Shown here: in pieces, positions 19,340 through 26,404 of the stretch
How positions within the stretch are numbered: the first letter of the stretch is position 1
Layout of the letters: every line of letters begins with the position of its first letter
IMG/VR virus record: IMGVR_UViG_2737471845_000031
Coordinates: 1 to 35,029 of that record
Origin: a virus
Lineage: Duplodnaviria > Heunggongvirae > Uroviricota > Caudoviricetes
Length of the DNA stretch: 35,029 nucleotides
Direction: 5' to 3' (one strand)
Notes under the pieces: model-generated
What the model saw: only the letters and a program-made list of their open reading frames with translations
Database searches by the model: none
What the model was told of the DNA's origin: nothing
Translations under genes and position numbers: made by a program

Positions 19340-19884
19340 GATACCACCCCCAGAATTTCCCGGCGCAGTGCCTGTACGGCTTCCGCAGAGAGCCCGCCCT
19401 TACGGGCAATTTTCTCGGCGGCAGCGGCAGCACGTTCAACCCTCTCTCTGACTTCTGCCTGATAGCGCTTGAGGTTGACCGAGGCGCGGGTCAGTGTGGC
19501 GATATTTTTTGAAGCCGTTGCCAGCAGTTTTGCCCGGGCGAAGGGATCGTCGTTTTCCCGCGACTCCTGCAGGCGCATCAGGATATCCGTCATTTCGGTC
19601 TGGACGAGGGTTATCAGCCCGGCTGAACGGTCATCAGGATCGTCTCCGGCCTCCCGGGCAAGCAGACGCGCTGCCTCGGTTGCCGCCCGCACCCGGGCCA
19701 GTTGCTGCTCCATTTTGTAGCCAAACCGCTGCAGGGAAGAGCGGGTGATGCTGTACCCCTTTTCCTTCAACAGACTTTCAAGCTCTGCATAGCCGGTGAA
19801 ATTATTCTCCGTCAGTGCCCGCTCAAGCCAGCGACGGACCTCCTTCGGCAGAGAATCAATGCTGCTGCGACGTCCCATAATCAC
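19336..19884 (-). CDS. terminase small subunit-like protein (Mu gp27-like)
   Basis: 182-aa ORF overlapping the large terminase start (ATGA); basic N-terminus and helical C-terminus. Start may be GTG 19884 or ATG 19878. Confidence 0.6.
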   Translation of the reverse strand: MIMGRRSSIDSLPKEVRRWLERALTENNFTGYAELESLLKEKGYSITRSSLQRFGYKMEQQLARVRAATEAARLLAREAGDDPDDRSAGLITLVQTEMTDILMRLQESRENDDPFARAKLLATASKNIATLTRASVNLKRYQAEVRERVERAAAAAEKIARKGGLSAEAVQALRREILGVVS

Positions 19885-20192
19885 TCACTCCAGTATTTTT
19901 CCGGGCGGGCAATACCGGGGCCGCATTCCACGGTGTATTCCACAATATCCACACCAAGGCGACTCAGATCGGCAAACCAGTCACCGGAAGGCCTCTTCTC
20001 CAGTTCCACCATCTTGCGATCTGCCAGGTAATCAAGCTCACGGCGCAGCTCCAGTTGCGTGGTGTCCGGGTAGATGGCGCGGGACACTTCCAGCAGCAGC
20101 GTCTCGCTGGCGGTATAAGGGCGGATTTTGTTCAGGGCAACCAGCAGACTCCAGCGCAGGGATTCACGGCGTACCCGGGTAATATCGACCAT
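19881..20192 (-). CDS. hypothetical late protein (Mu gp26 position)
   Basis: 103-aa ORF, translationally coupled within the late operon. Confidence 0.4.
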   Translation of the reverse strand: MVDITRVRRESLRWSLLVALNKIRPYTASETLLLEVSRAIYPDTTQLELRRELDYLADRKMVELEKRPSGDWFADLSRLGVDIVEYTVECGPGIARPEKYWSE

Positions 20193-20518
20193 TATTGACC
20201 TCCGGTATTGCGGTACTGCTGTACCACTTCCAGTTTGTTGTAGAGCGCGTCCAGTTTGGCCTCGATGACTGTCTGGCCACGGATATAATCCTCGCGACGG
20301 ACATAATTCAGCGGTAAATCCGCTTTAAATCGCATAAATTCTTTTTCCAGTTCGCCCCAGTTGGAGGCGGACTGTTGCAGGGCCTGCTCAAGGGAGGCGA
20401 ATCGTGCCGCCTGGCGTTCTTCTGTTTTACTGAACAACCATTTGGCGAGCCCTCCCACAAACCCCATGAAGGTGAGCAAAAAACTCACCACCGTCCAGAA
20501 TTCAACCTGCAGTGTCAT
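20192..20518 (-). CDS. membrane-anchored coiled-coil protein (Mu gp25 position)
   Basis: 108-aa ORF with an N-terminal TM helix (FWTVVSFLLTFMGFVGGLAKWLF) followed by a helical domain. Confidence 0.4.
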   Translation of the reverse strand: MTLQVEFWTVVSFLLTFMGFVGGLAKWLFSKTEERQAARFASLEQALQQSASNWGELEKEFMRFKADLPLNYVRREDYIRGQTVIEAKLDALYNKLEVVQQYRNTGGQ

Positions 20519-21168
20519 TTCTGTAATCCTTCCCGTTCATCCAGTAGCGCGTTTATCTGGTTTCGCCAGCGACGACATTGCCCTGCGTTGTCGATGATGT
20601 TGGCAAGGACGTCAAGCTGGGAGACACCCGAATTGCGTAACCGGGCGTCAGCGGTTTCAGGTTGCCCGGTCGCTGCGCCAGTGCCGGTGCCAGCGGCGGC
20701 AACTGAGTCTGAATGACCGGTGTCGACGGATGCGTTGTCGTATCCGAGTGCGGCGTTGTACTGGCGCACGAAACCGCGAGTAAACACGCACTCAATGGGA
20801 TGGCTCTTACCTTTTTCATCAATCCAGCGCTGTGTGACATCGTTAATTTGCCCCTGTAGTTGTTTGTTCTGGTCCTCCAGTTGAGCAATCTGCTCAAGAT
20901 AACCAGCTTCAGCCCGTTGCCCGGCGGCTACCTGCTCCTGATAACGCTCAGACCATGCGCGCAACGCCGCCACCTCACGCCGGGCCTGTTCTGCCCGGTA
21001 TCCGTCAAAATCCGCCTGCAGGCGGCTGAGCGCCGCCTGACCGTCAGCGGAGGCCCGGTCGTGGCCTGTGCTGTATCCCAGCCACCAGATCGCCAGCAGG
21101 AAGGTGTTCAGGAGAATGGCCAGCATAATGACCCGCCACGGCAGCGACCGTAACTTACGTACCCACAC
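20515..21168 (-). CDS. i-spanin (Rz-like)
   Basis: Basic N-terminus, one TM (MLAILLNTFLLAIWWLGY), then a long predicted coiled coil. Likely start GTG 21168 with GGGGAGGGG RBS; the ORF-track start 21270 overlaps the endolysin. Confidence 0.6.
   Translation of the reverse strand: MWVRKLRSLPWRVIMLAILLNTFLLAIWWLGYSTGHDRASADGQAALSRLQADFDGYRAEQARREVAALRAWSERYQEQVAAGQRAEAGYLEQIAQLEDQNKQLQGQINDVTQRWIDEKGKSHPIECVFTRGFVRQYNAALGYDNASVDTGHSDSVAAAGTGTGAATGQPETADARLRNSGVSQLDVLANIIDNAGQCRRWRNQINALLDEREGLQK
20553..20819 (-). CDS. o-spanin (Rz1-like lipoprotein), embedded in the i-spanin gene
   Basis: +1-frame ORF wholly inside the Rz-like gene: signal peptide MKKVRAIPLSACLLAVSC with lipobox-like Cys, then a short Pro-rich mature region. 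Confidence 0.55.
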   Translation of the reverse strand: MKKVRAIPLSACLLAVSCASTTPHSDTTTHPSTPVIQTQLPPLAPALAQRPGNLKPLTPGYAIRVSPSLTSLPTSSTTQGNVVAGETR

Positions 21169-21886
21169 AGCTTGCCCCTCCCCATGAGAGATAACGCGGG
21201 GCCAGCGTGAACAGGATGCGCTGGGGATAATGACGGTTCTCCCGCCAGCTGGCAGCATTGCGTCCGGCATTCACCGTGGCGACATGTCCGAACCAGCGGG
21301 TACGGTCCAGCCCTTTCTGTGATGCAAGTTGCCTGTCCCGCTGTACCCAGCCCAGACCACCGTTATAGCCCGACAGTGTCATGGCCATACGCTCGCAGTC
21401 GTTGGCGGCGCTGACGCGCTGCCACAGCCAGCGGTCATAACTGACCAGCGCCCGGATAGCCCATGCCGGATTAAACGGCTCTCGACTGCTCAGCGCCGGC
21501 ATCAACTGGCTTATCCAGTCGGCAGTGGCAGGCATAAACTGCGCCAGTCCCTGAGCGCCAGCCGGCGAGATCGCATCAGGTCGCCAGCCGCTTTCCTGAT
21601 GCAGTTGCGCAGCGAAATCAGCCACCGGCGCAGACAGTCCCCATTCAAGCCGGGCATTACGGATCACATCATCGCGATACTGCAGCGCAGCCTGCGGAGG
21701 CTGCGCTGCGCGGGCCTGACTGAAGAAGCCGCCACACCAGAGCAGCCAGACAATCACCAGGTTGCCAGTAAGTTGCCACCAGAAGCTGTATTTATCGTTA
21801 CGTGGTTCTCCGTGTCTGATGGCGGTTACGCCCAGACCAAAGGCGAACAGAATAATGAGGGTGATTTGAGGCCAGTTCATGGTCAC
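21155..21886 (-). CDS. lytic transglycosylase endolysin with N-terminal membrane segments (SAR-like)
   Basis: 243-aa ORF with SLT-type motifs (HQESGWRP, GAQGLAQFMPATA) and two N-terminal hydrophobic segments. Start GTG 21886 overlapping the holin stop, or ATG 21880. Confidence 0.75.
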   Translation of the reverse strand: MTMNWPQITLIILFAFGLGVTAIRHGEPRNDKYSFWWQLTGNLVIVWLLWCGGFFSQARAAQPPQAALQYRDDVIRNARLEWGLSAPVADFAAQLHQESGWRPDAISPAGAQGLAQFMPATADWISQLMPALSSREPFNPAWAIRALVSYDRWLWQRVSAANDCERMAMTLSGYNGGLGWVQRDRQLASQKGLDRTRWFGHVATVNAGRNAASWRENRHYPQRILFTLAPRYLSWGGASCVGT

Positions 21887-22233
21887 AGTCCTGTTGCCAC
21901 AGCCAGACAGATCGCTGCAACAATCAGTGCACGGCGGATTAACGCAGCAGCAAACACAAGGTGAAGGCCGGTCTGCACAGGGAAACGCCCTTCAGCCATC
22001 AGCCTGTCGTCATGTTTCAGGTACTGACCGGGACGGGCTTTGGGGAAGAGCGAACGGTCAAGCCAGTAACCCAGCACTGCTGCCAGCGTGATGAGTGCCA
22101 GCTTGTAGATCACAACAGGCAACTGCTGTGGCGAGACCAGAGCGATGGTGCCCAGCAACAGCACTGAGGTCAGCAGCCAGCCGCTGAGGCGAGGTTTTTT
22201 AACAGGGGGAATGAATTTTTTCAGGCTTTTCAT
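21883..22233 (-). CDS. holin-like membrane protein
   Basis: ~116 aa from ATG 22233 (AAGGAG RBS); three predicted TM segments; first gene of the lysis cassette. The ORF-track start at 22266 is less likely. Confidence 0.55.
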   Translation of the reverse strand: MKSLKKFIPPVKKPRLSGWLLTSVLLLGTIALVSPQQLPVVIYKLALITLAAVLGYWLDRSLFPKARPGQYLKHDDRLMAEGRFPVQTGLHLVFAAALIRRALIVAAICLAVATGL

Positions 22234-22252
22234 GTGTGTCTCCTTGTCTGGT

Positions 22253-22291
22253 GGAGACAGCATCACAAATACAGGGCGCGAAGGATTTTAA
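22253..22291 (-). promoter_or_regulatory. candidate activator-dependent late promoter and leader upstream of lysis genes
   Basis: Minus-strand TTAAAATC, 23 nt, CTGTCTCC, then ACCAGACAAGGAGACACAC-ATG; CTGTCTCC can pair with GGAGACA that includes the SD. Poor -35. Confidence 0.45.
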
Positions 22292-22363
22292 AGCGCGTTA
22301 AGAGAGCCGGGGATACGGGGTGTGCAGGATAAACGATGAATTATTCACAGAGGAGAATACGAT

Positions 22364-23107
22364 ATGACGCACACACTGAATCCGGTCATCACTGTCACTG
22401 TGTCCGGTCCTGTGGGCAGCGGTAAAAGTTACGTACTGGCGCGGATAGAAGAGATGGTGAAACAGGAACTCGGAAACAGCGTCATTGTCGATGCTGCTGA
22501 CGTGGAGAATGAGCGCCGTATGAGTGGCGATGATCTGACGACCTGGCAGAAGCCACGGGCTGGCACAGTGATCAGGCTGGAGGAATACACGGGACAGGGC
22601 CTGTTGTCATACGGCGAGGAGCGTATCTGTCGGACGAATGAGCTGCTGGATGTTATATGCCCCACGGGCCGGCAACCCTGGATACTGCCCGATGCACTGC
22701 ATGCCACCATTGCGGCACTGATGACAGTTTACGATCAGGAGCTGCTCATGAAGGAGTTACGTAAACTCGCTGGTCAGCCAACAGAATGTTTTTCGGCCCC
22801 GAAGTACGGGAAGCAGGAACACATCCCGGTGAACACAATCCCCGTTAACCAGCCTCCCCGGTTCTTCGACGAATACATTCTGACACCGGAAAATAAAGCT
22901 GAGCATGAAGAGATCAAAGCGGCGTTGTTCCGGGAAATCAGGAAGATTGCTGAAATGCAGCTGGAGGGCGGGCTGGACAGAGTGATGGCGAGAGGAGAAT
23001 GGGAATCGCTGTTTGAAAAAGTTTCCCCGGAATTGCTTCCCCTCGCACTGGCTATCGGGATTATGCAGACAACGGATAAACCTCACTTACGTTCATTAAA
23101 CACGTAA
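22364..23107 (+). CDS. hypothetical P-loop (Walker A) protein
   Basis: 247-aa ORF, ATG 22364 with AGGAGA RBS; N-terminal VSGPVGSGKSYVL Walker A-like motif; no further recognisable domain. Divergent from the late operon. Confidence 0.5.
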   Translation: MTHTLNPVITVTVSGPVGSGKSYVLARIEEMVKQELGNSVIVDAADVENERRMSGDDLTTWQKPRAGTVIRLEEYTGQGLLSYGEERICRTNELLDVICPTGRQPWILPDALHATIAALMTVYDQELLMKELRKLAGQPTECFSAPKYGKQEHIPVNTIPVNQPPRFFDEYILTPENKAEHEEIKAALFREIRKIAEMQLEGGLDRVMARGEWESLFEKVSPELLPLALAIGIMQTTDKPHLRSLNT

Positions 23108-23487
23108 CGCATAATCCGGGATACGCATTCAGCGATGACTGCATTTTCACCGGTTTTTACTGCATCCAGAAGCGACTCTTTAAATGGCACGGGCCGGGGC
23201 TGCAGAAAGGTCGGCATGGCATTGAGCAGACAGAGCGTTTTTTCCGTGAGGACGACATCAGCCGCTCCCACAGCCAGCAACTGAGAGTAACGAATATAGC
23301 TGTTATCCCGAAGCCATATCAGCGTATCAATAAAATACCGGCACTTTTTCTGGTCGTGATCAACCTGGTCCGGGATATCGAAAAAACCAGAATAAATCAA
23401 AACCTGAGGTACCGGATGCGTGTTCAGTAATCGGCAGAATATTTTGCCGGTGAGTACATAAAAATCATCATTTAAGGAGTGCATCAT
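23083..23487 (-). CDS. hypothetical protein, paralog B of the 23951-24331 gene
   Basis: 134-aa ORF filling the gap between flanking plus-strand ORFs. Alignable blocks with paralog A (IFCRLLNTHP ~ IFGRLYESFP, FIDTLIWLRDNSY ~ FLDTVDWLKNSGY, VVLTEKTLCLLNA ~ AVLTAKGLEVLNA). Confidence 0.45.
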   Translation of the reverse strand: MMHSLNDDFYVLTGKIFCRLLNTHPVPQVLIYSGFFDIPDQVDHDQKKCRYFIDTLIWLRDNSYIRYSQLLAVGAADVVLTEKTLCLLNAMPTFLQPRPVPFKESLLDAVKTGENAVIAECVSRIMRYVFNERK

Positions 23488-23701
23488 GAATCCCCGATTA
23501 ACGTTAACAGAACATCAGCGCCGTGCTGAAGCAGTGAACAATGTTCTGGAAGATATTATCCGGTTACATCGCGGAGAACTGAGTATCTGTCGTGCCACTG
23601 TTCATTTTCAGGAAATACAAAAGCAGTTTGATACTTCTGTTTTTGCAGAAGGGCTCACTTACGCCCTGGACCAGATAAGGTCAGAAAATCACCCCGGATA
23701 A
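23486..23701 (+). CDS. hypothetical small protein
   Basis: 71-aa ORF with AAGGAG RBS 6 nt upstream; its start overlaps the divergent paralog B start (CATG). It may instead be non-coding leader. Confidence 0.35.
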   Translation: MNPRLTLTEHQRRAEAVNNVLEDIIRLHRGELSICRATVHFQEIQKQFDTSVFAEGLTYALDQIRSENHPG

Positions 23702-23757
23702 TCCCTAAACCGCATTAACAGAAATCCCACTATCCCTGCCGCATCATGAAAGAACGA

Positions 23758-23785
23758 CCAGCCCGGCACCCGAAAGCCGGGCTGG
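23758..23785 (-). terminator. GC-rich hairpin (candidate minus-strand terminator)
   Basis: Perfect 10-bp inverted repeat CCAGCCCGGC / GCCGGGCTGG with 8-nt loop; minus-strand downstream sequence is TCGTTCTTTCATG. Confidence 0.4.
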
Positions 23786-23890
23786 CCATCGTCCCACAGG
23801 AATGCACTGTGAGCCGACCGAGGTTCAGTCAGTCTCGTGAGACCAGACTAGCCTGCCATATTTTTAATAATTGTAAAATGTTTACAGATT

Positions 23891-23992
23891 ATGAAAACGC
23901 AGACATTACCCATCGTTCCATGGATTGGTGGCAAACGCTGCCTTGCGATATTACATAAGACCACGAGACATATATTGCAGACCTATTCCTAG
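23891..23992 (+). pseudogene. diverged 5' remnant of a second Dam methyltransferase gene
   Basis: Encodes MKTQTLPIVPWIGGKRCLAILHK..., matching the Dam N-terminus MKEQSLPIVPWIGGKRRLAKHILPQ; stops after 33 codons and runs into the 3' end of the paralog A gene. Preceded by a ~90-nt leader ~70% identical to the leader of the intact dam. Confidence 0.5.
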
Positions 23993-24331
23993 AGTCTGGC
24001 TAACCAGTGATCGCAACGCTTCTTTCCCTTCAATTTTTATAGAGTCAGATATTCTGGCCCCCAACGGTTTTTCCAGACTTCCAGGCGTAGCGTTTAATAC
24101 CTCAAGACCTTTAGCCGTTAGCACTGCGTTGTGGATCCCCCCAGAACTACGCGCCCCGATTAAATAGCCACTGTTTTTAAGCCAGTCTACGGTATCAAGA
24201 AAAAAAGTAAGTTCATTCTGTCTAACGATATCAACTGCCTTTATATCAATTTTGACGGGGAAAGATTCGTAGAGTCTCCCAAATATCTCACCAACTATTT
24301 CATTAAACCGCTCAATATTTTTTGGGGCCAT
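23951..24331 (-). CDS. hypothetical protein, paralog A (possible winged-helix protein)
   Basis: Likely ~126 aa from ATG 24331 (GGGAG upstream); the ORF-track start at 24415 would cover a hairpin. Contains an LT-x-KG-like segment (AVLTAKGLEVL). Divergent from dam. Confidence 0.5.
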   Translation of the reverse strand: MAPKNIERFNEIVGEIFGRLYESFPVKIDIKAVDIVRQNELTFFLDTVDWLKNSGYLIGARSSGGIHNAVLTAKGLEVLNATPGSLEKPLGARISDSIKIEGKEALRSLVSQTLGIGLQYMSRGLM

Positions 24332-24378
24332 GGTATTAGTAACTCCCTTTAATTGTCGCCCATGAAATATGCAAATAA

Positions 24379-24411
24379 CATGAAAAGAGCGACTCACCTT
24401 GTGCAGCGAAC
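24379..24411 (-). terminator. hairpin (candidate minus-strand terminator or insulator) between dam leader and paralog A
   Basis: 13-bp inverted repeat GACTCACCTTGTG / CACAAGGCGAGTC (one mismatch) with 7-nt loop; minus-strand downstream sequence GCTCTTTTCATGTTATTTGC. Confidence 0.4.
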
Positions 24412-24525
24412 ACAAGGCGAGTCATCAACTTACAGGTATGAGCTGTGAGTCAACCGAGGCTCTTCCGTTCTCGAGAACAAGGGAAGCCTATCGCATTTTC
24501 ATCTAATGAAAAAGGCTTACAGATA

Positions 24526-25290
24526 ATGAAAGAACAATCTTTACCCATCGTCCCCTGGATTGGGGGAAAACGTCGTCTGGCCAAACACATTCTGCCTCAG
24601 TTCCCACTCCATACCTGCTATGTGGAGCCATTCTGCGGCGCAGCAGCACTTTATTTTCTCAAGACTCCCAGCAAGATCGAAGTCATTAACGATATCAACG
24701 GTGAACTGGTAAATCTGTATCGGGTAGTAAAGCATCATCTGGAAGAATTTGTCCGCCAATTCAAATGGGCGCTGGTTAGCCGGCAGATCTACAAATGGCT
24801 GCAGATCACCCCGGAAGAAACACTGACGGATATCCAGCGTGCGGCACGGTTCTACTACCTCCAGAAGCAGGCGTTTGGGGGCAAGGTGGCAGAGCACAGC
24901 TTCGGCACCTCCACCACCTCCCCGCCACGCTTCAACCTGCTACGGATTGAAGAAGAACTGTCAGCGGCACACCTGCGGCTTTCCAGAACGGTGATAGAAC
25001 ACATGGACTGGCACCAGTGCATTAAGCGTTATGACCGTCCGCACACGCTGTTCTACTGTGATCCGCCCTATCTGGGGACGGAAGGCTATGGTGTGGATTT
25101 TCCTGAAGAGAACTACACACTACTCGCAGAACTGGCACGGTGCATCAGAGGAAAGATGATTATCTCGGTGAATGACATTCCGCAGATGCGTCGGGTGTTC
25201 ACTGAACTGAACATACAGACGGTGAATATCAACTACAGTCTGGCGGGGAAACCCACGCCACGCCGTGAACTGGTAATCTGCAACTTCTGA
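24526..25290 (+). CDS. dam: DNA N6-adenine methyltransferase (Dam family)
   Basis: 254 aa from ATG 24526; N-terminus LPIVPWIGGKRRL, FCGAAAL SAM-binding-type motif and catalytic DPPY, as in Dam-family N6-adenine methyltransferases. No adjacent restriction endonuclease gene. Confidence 0.85.
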   Translation: MKEQSLPIVPWIGGKRRLAKHILPQFPLHTCYVEPFCGAAALYFLKTPSKIEVINDINGELVNLYRVVKHHLEEFVRQFKWALVSRQIYKWLQITPEETLTDIQRAARFYYLQKQAFGGKVAEHSFGTSTTSPPRFNLLRIEEELSAAHLRLSRTVIEHMDWHQCIKRYDRPHTLFYCDPPYLGTEGYGVDFPEENYTLLAELARCIRGKMIISVNDIPQMRRVFTELNIQTVNINYSLAGKPTPRRELVICNF

Positions 25291-25319
25291 ACAAAACCGG
25301 AAAGCACAATGCTTTCCGG
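25291..25319 (-). terminator. intrinsic terminator between convergent dam and repressor genes
   Basis: Perfect 10-bp stem CCGGAAAGCA / TGCTTTCCGG with 3-nt loop, followed on the minus strand by TTTTGT; sits right after the dam stop. Confidence 0.55.
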
Positions 25320-25405
25320 TAAACCAAACAACTTCCACTATGTCACTGGCGATGTTTTCTGAAAGCATCCAGATCAACCACGCGCCCTTTGTGTCCAGGT
25401 CAAAA

Positions 25406-25744
25406 TCAGCCTGCGAGTTTGCTTGGTTTGGGTTGAATGAAGACTTTGCCGACCTCAAGAATTGCCCTCCGTTGTTCGGGGCTCATTTCGTCGAATGCAT
25501 CCATTAACTCTTTCTTTTCTTGTGACACATAAGGTGCAACAACAGGCTGACTCCGCACCCCAGTAACTACATACAAAATATCTACACCGATTTCTGATAG
25601 TGCAGATAACTGCACTGCAGTAGGAGAAGTGCGATCTTTTTCCCAATCAATGAAAGTTCTCTTTGCCACACCTATAGCATCAGCCAACCCTTGCTGTGTA
25701 AGAGATAGACGCTCTCTTTCTTCTTTAATACGTAACCCGATCAT
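25406..25744 (-). CDS. XRE-family HTH lysogeny repressor
   Basis: Likely 113 aa from ATG 25744; HTH region LSLTQQGLADAIGVAKRTFIDWEKDRTSP. Divergent from the early operon, as for Mu c/ner. The ORF-track start 25897 would overlap the early gene by 53 nt. Confidence 0.75.
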   Translation of the reverse strand: MIGLRIKEERERLSLTQQGLADAIGVAKRTFIDWEKDRTSPTAVQLSALSEIGVDILYVVTGVRSQPVVAPYVSQEKKELMDAFDEMSPEQRRAILEVGKVFIQPKPSKLAG

Positions 25745-25768
25745 GTGAGTTTTTCTGCACTCTTTAAG

Positions 25769-25797
25769 TTGACTGGTGAGATAATCTGCACCATAAT
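25769..25797 (+). promoter_or_regulatory. early promoter (sigma70-like) with candidate operator repeats
   Basis: TTGACT (25769-25774), 17-nt spacer, CATAAT (25792-25797), ~47 nt upstream of the first early gene. TCTGCAC occurs twice (25754, 25785) and ATAATCT twice. Confidence 0.55.
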
Positions 25798-25844
25798 CTA
25801 TCACACATAAGGCAAACATCATTGCATCAACAAAGGAGACAACG

Positions 25845-26033
25845 ATGACTGCAGAACAAGTCAAAGCTCTCTTCCGCCAGCGCGGGATCACTTTCACCCG
25901 CTGGGCAGAAGAAAACGGCTACAACCGCAATGAGGTATACCGCGTTCTCAATGGGCAGACCAAAGCCCGTTACGGTAAATCCCATGAAATCGCCGTGAAG
26001 TTGGGGCTGAAATCAACAGCTCAGGCAGCCTGA
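25845..26033 (+). CDS. Cro/Ner-like small DNA-binding regulator
   Basis: 62-aa ORF, AAGGAG RBS 6 nt upstream, first gene of the early operon divergent from the repressor; helical basic protein. Confidence 0.55.
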   Translation: MTAEQVKALFRQRGITFTRWAEENGYNRNEVYRVLNGQTKARYGKSHEIAVKLGLKSTAQAA

Positions 26034-26085
26034 AGATTTTGAGTCTTTGTAAAAGGTTATCACATATCGCAAAAGAGGTATGCAG

Positions 26086-26394
26086 ATGAGTAAGACGAAT
26101 GTTTCAAGCTCCGGCAGTCGCATCCTCCGGGTACTCAAAGCGCTGCGCGGTCATGCCCTGAACGGTATTTCCAACGGTGAACTGGCGGCAGCACTGCACG
26201 AGTCACTGGCAAACATCAACCGGGCACTCAACACCCTCATTGAAGAAGGGTTGGCCCTGAAACTGGAAAACGGGCGTTTCGCGCCGGGCATCCAGTTACT
26301 GCAGATCGCTATGGCCCACAGTAACGAGATGGCACGTGCACAGGATCGCATTAACGAAATCAACCAACGTGTCATTTCAGGTAGTCGTTTGTAA
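26086..26394 (+). CDS. winged-helix DNA-binding protein
   Basis: ~102 aa from ATG 26086; HTH-like segment ISNGELAAALHESLANINRALNTLIEEGLA. Confidence 0.45.
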   Translation: MSKTNVSSSGSRILRVLKALRGHALNGISNGELAAALHESLANINRALNTLIEEGLALKLENGRFAPGIQLLQIAMAHSNEMARAQDRINEINQRVISGSRL

Positions 26395-26404
26395 GGAGTA
26401 ATAA

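Noticed and set aside
23746-23958. 70-aa plus-strand ORF spanning the hairpin and dam-remnant leader
   Set aside because: It runs through a strong hairpin and the conserved non-coding leader; that frame is not maintained in the homologous leader upstream of the intact dam.
25120-25458. 112-aa minus-strand ORF overlapping the 3' end of dam and the terminator
   Set aside because: Antisense to dam and spans the terminator hairpin; unlikely to be coding.
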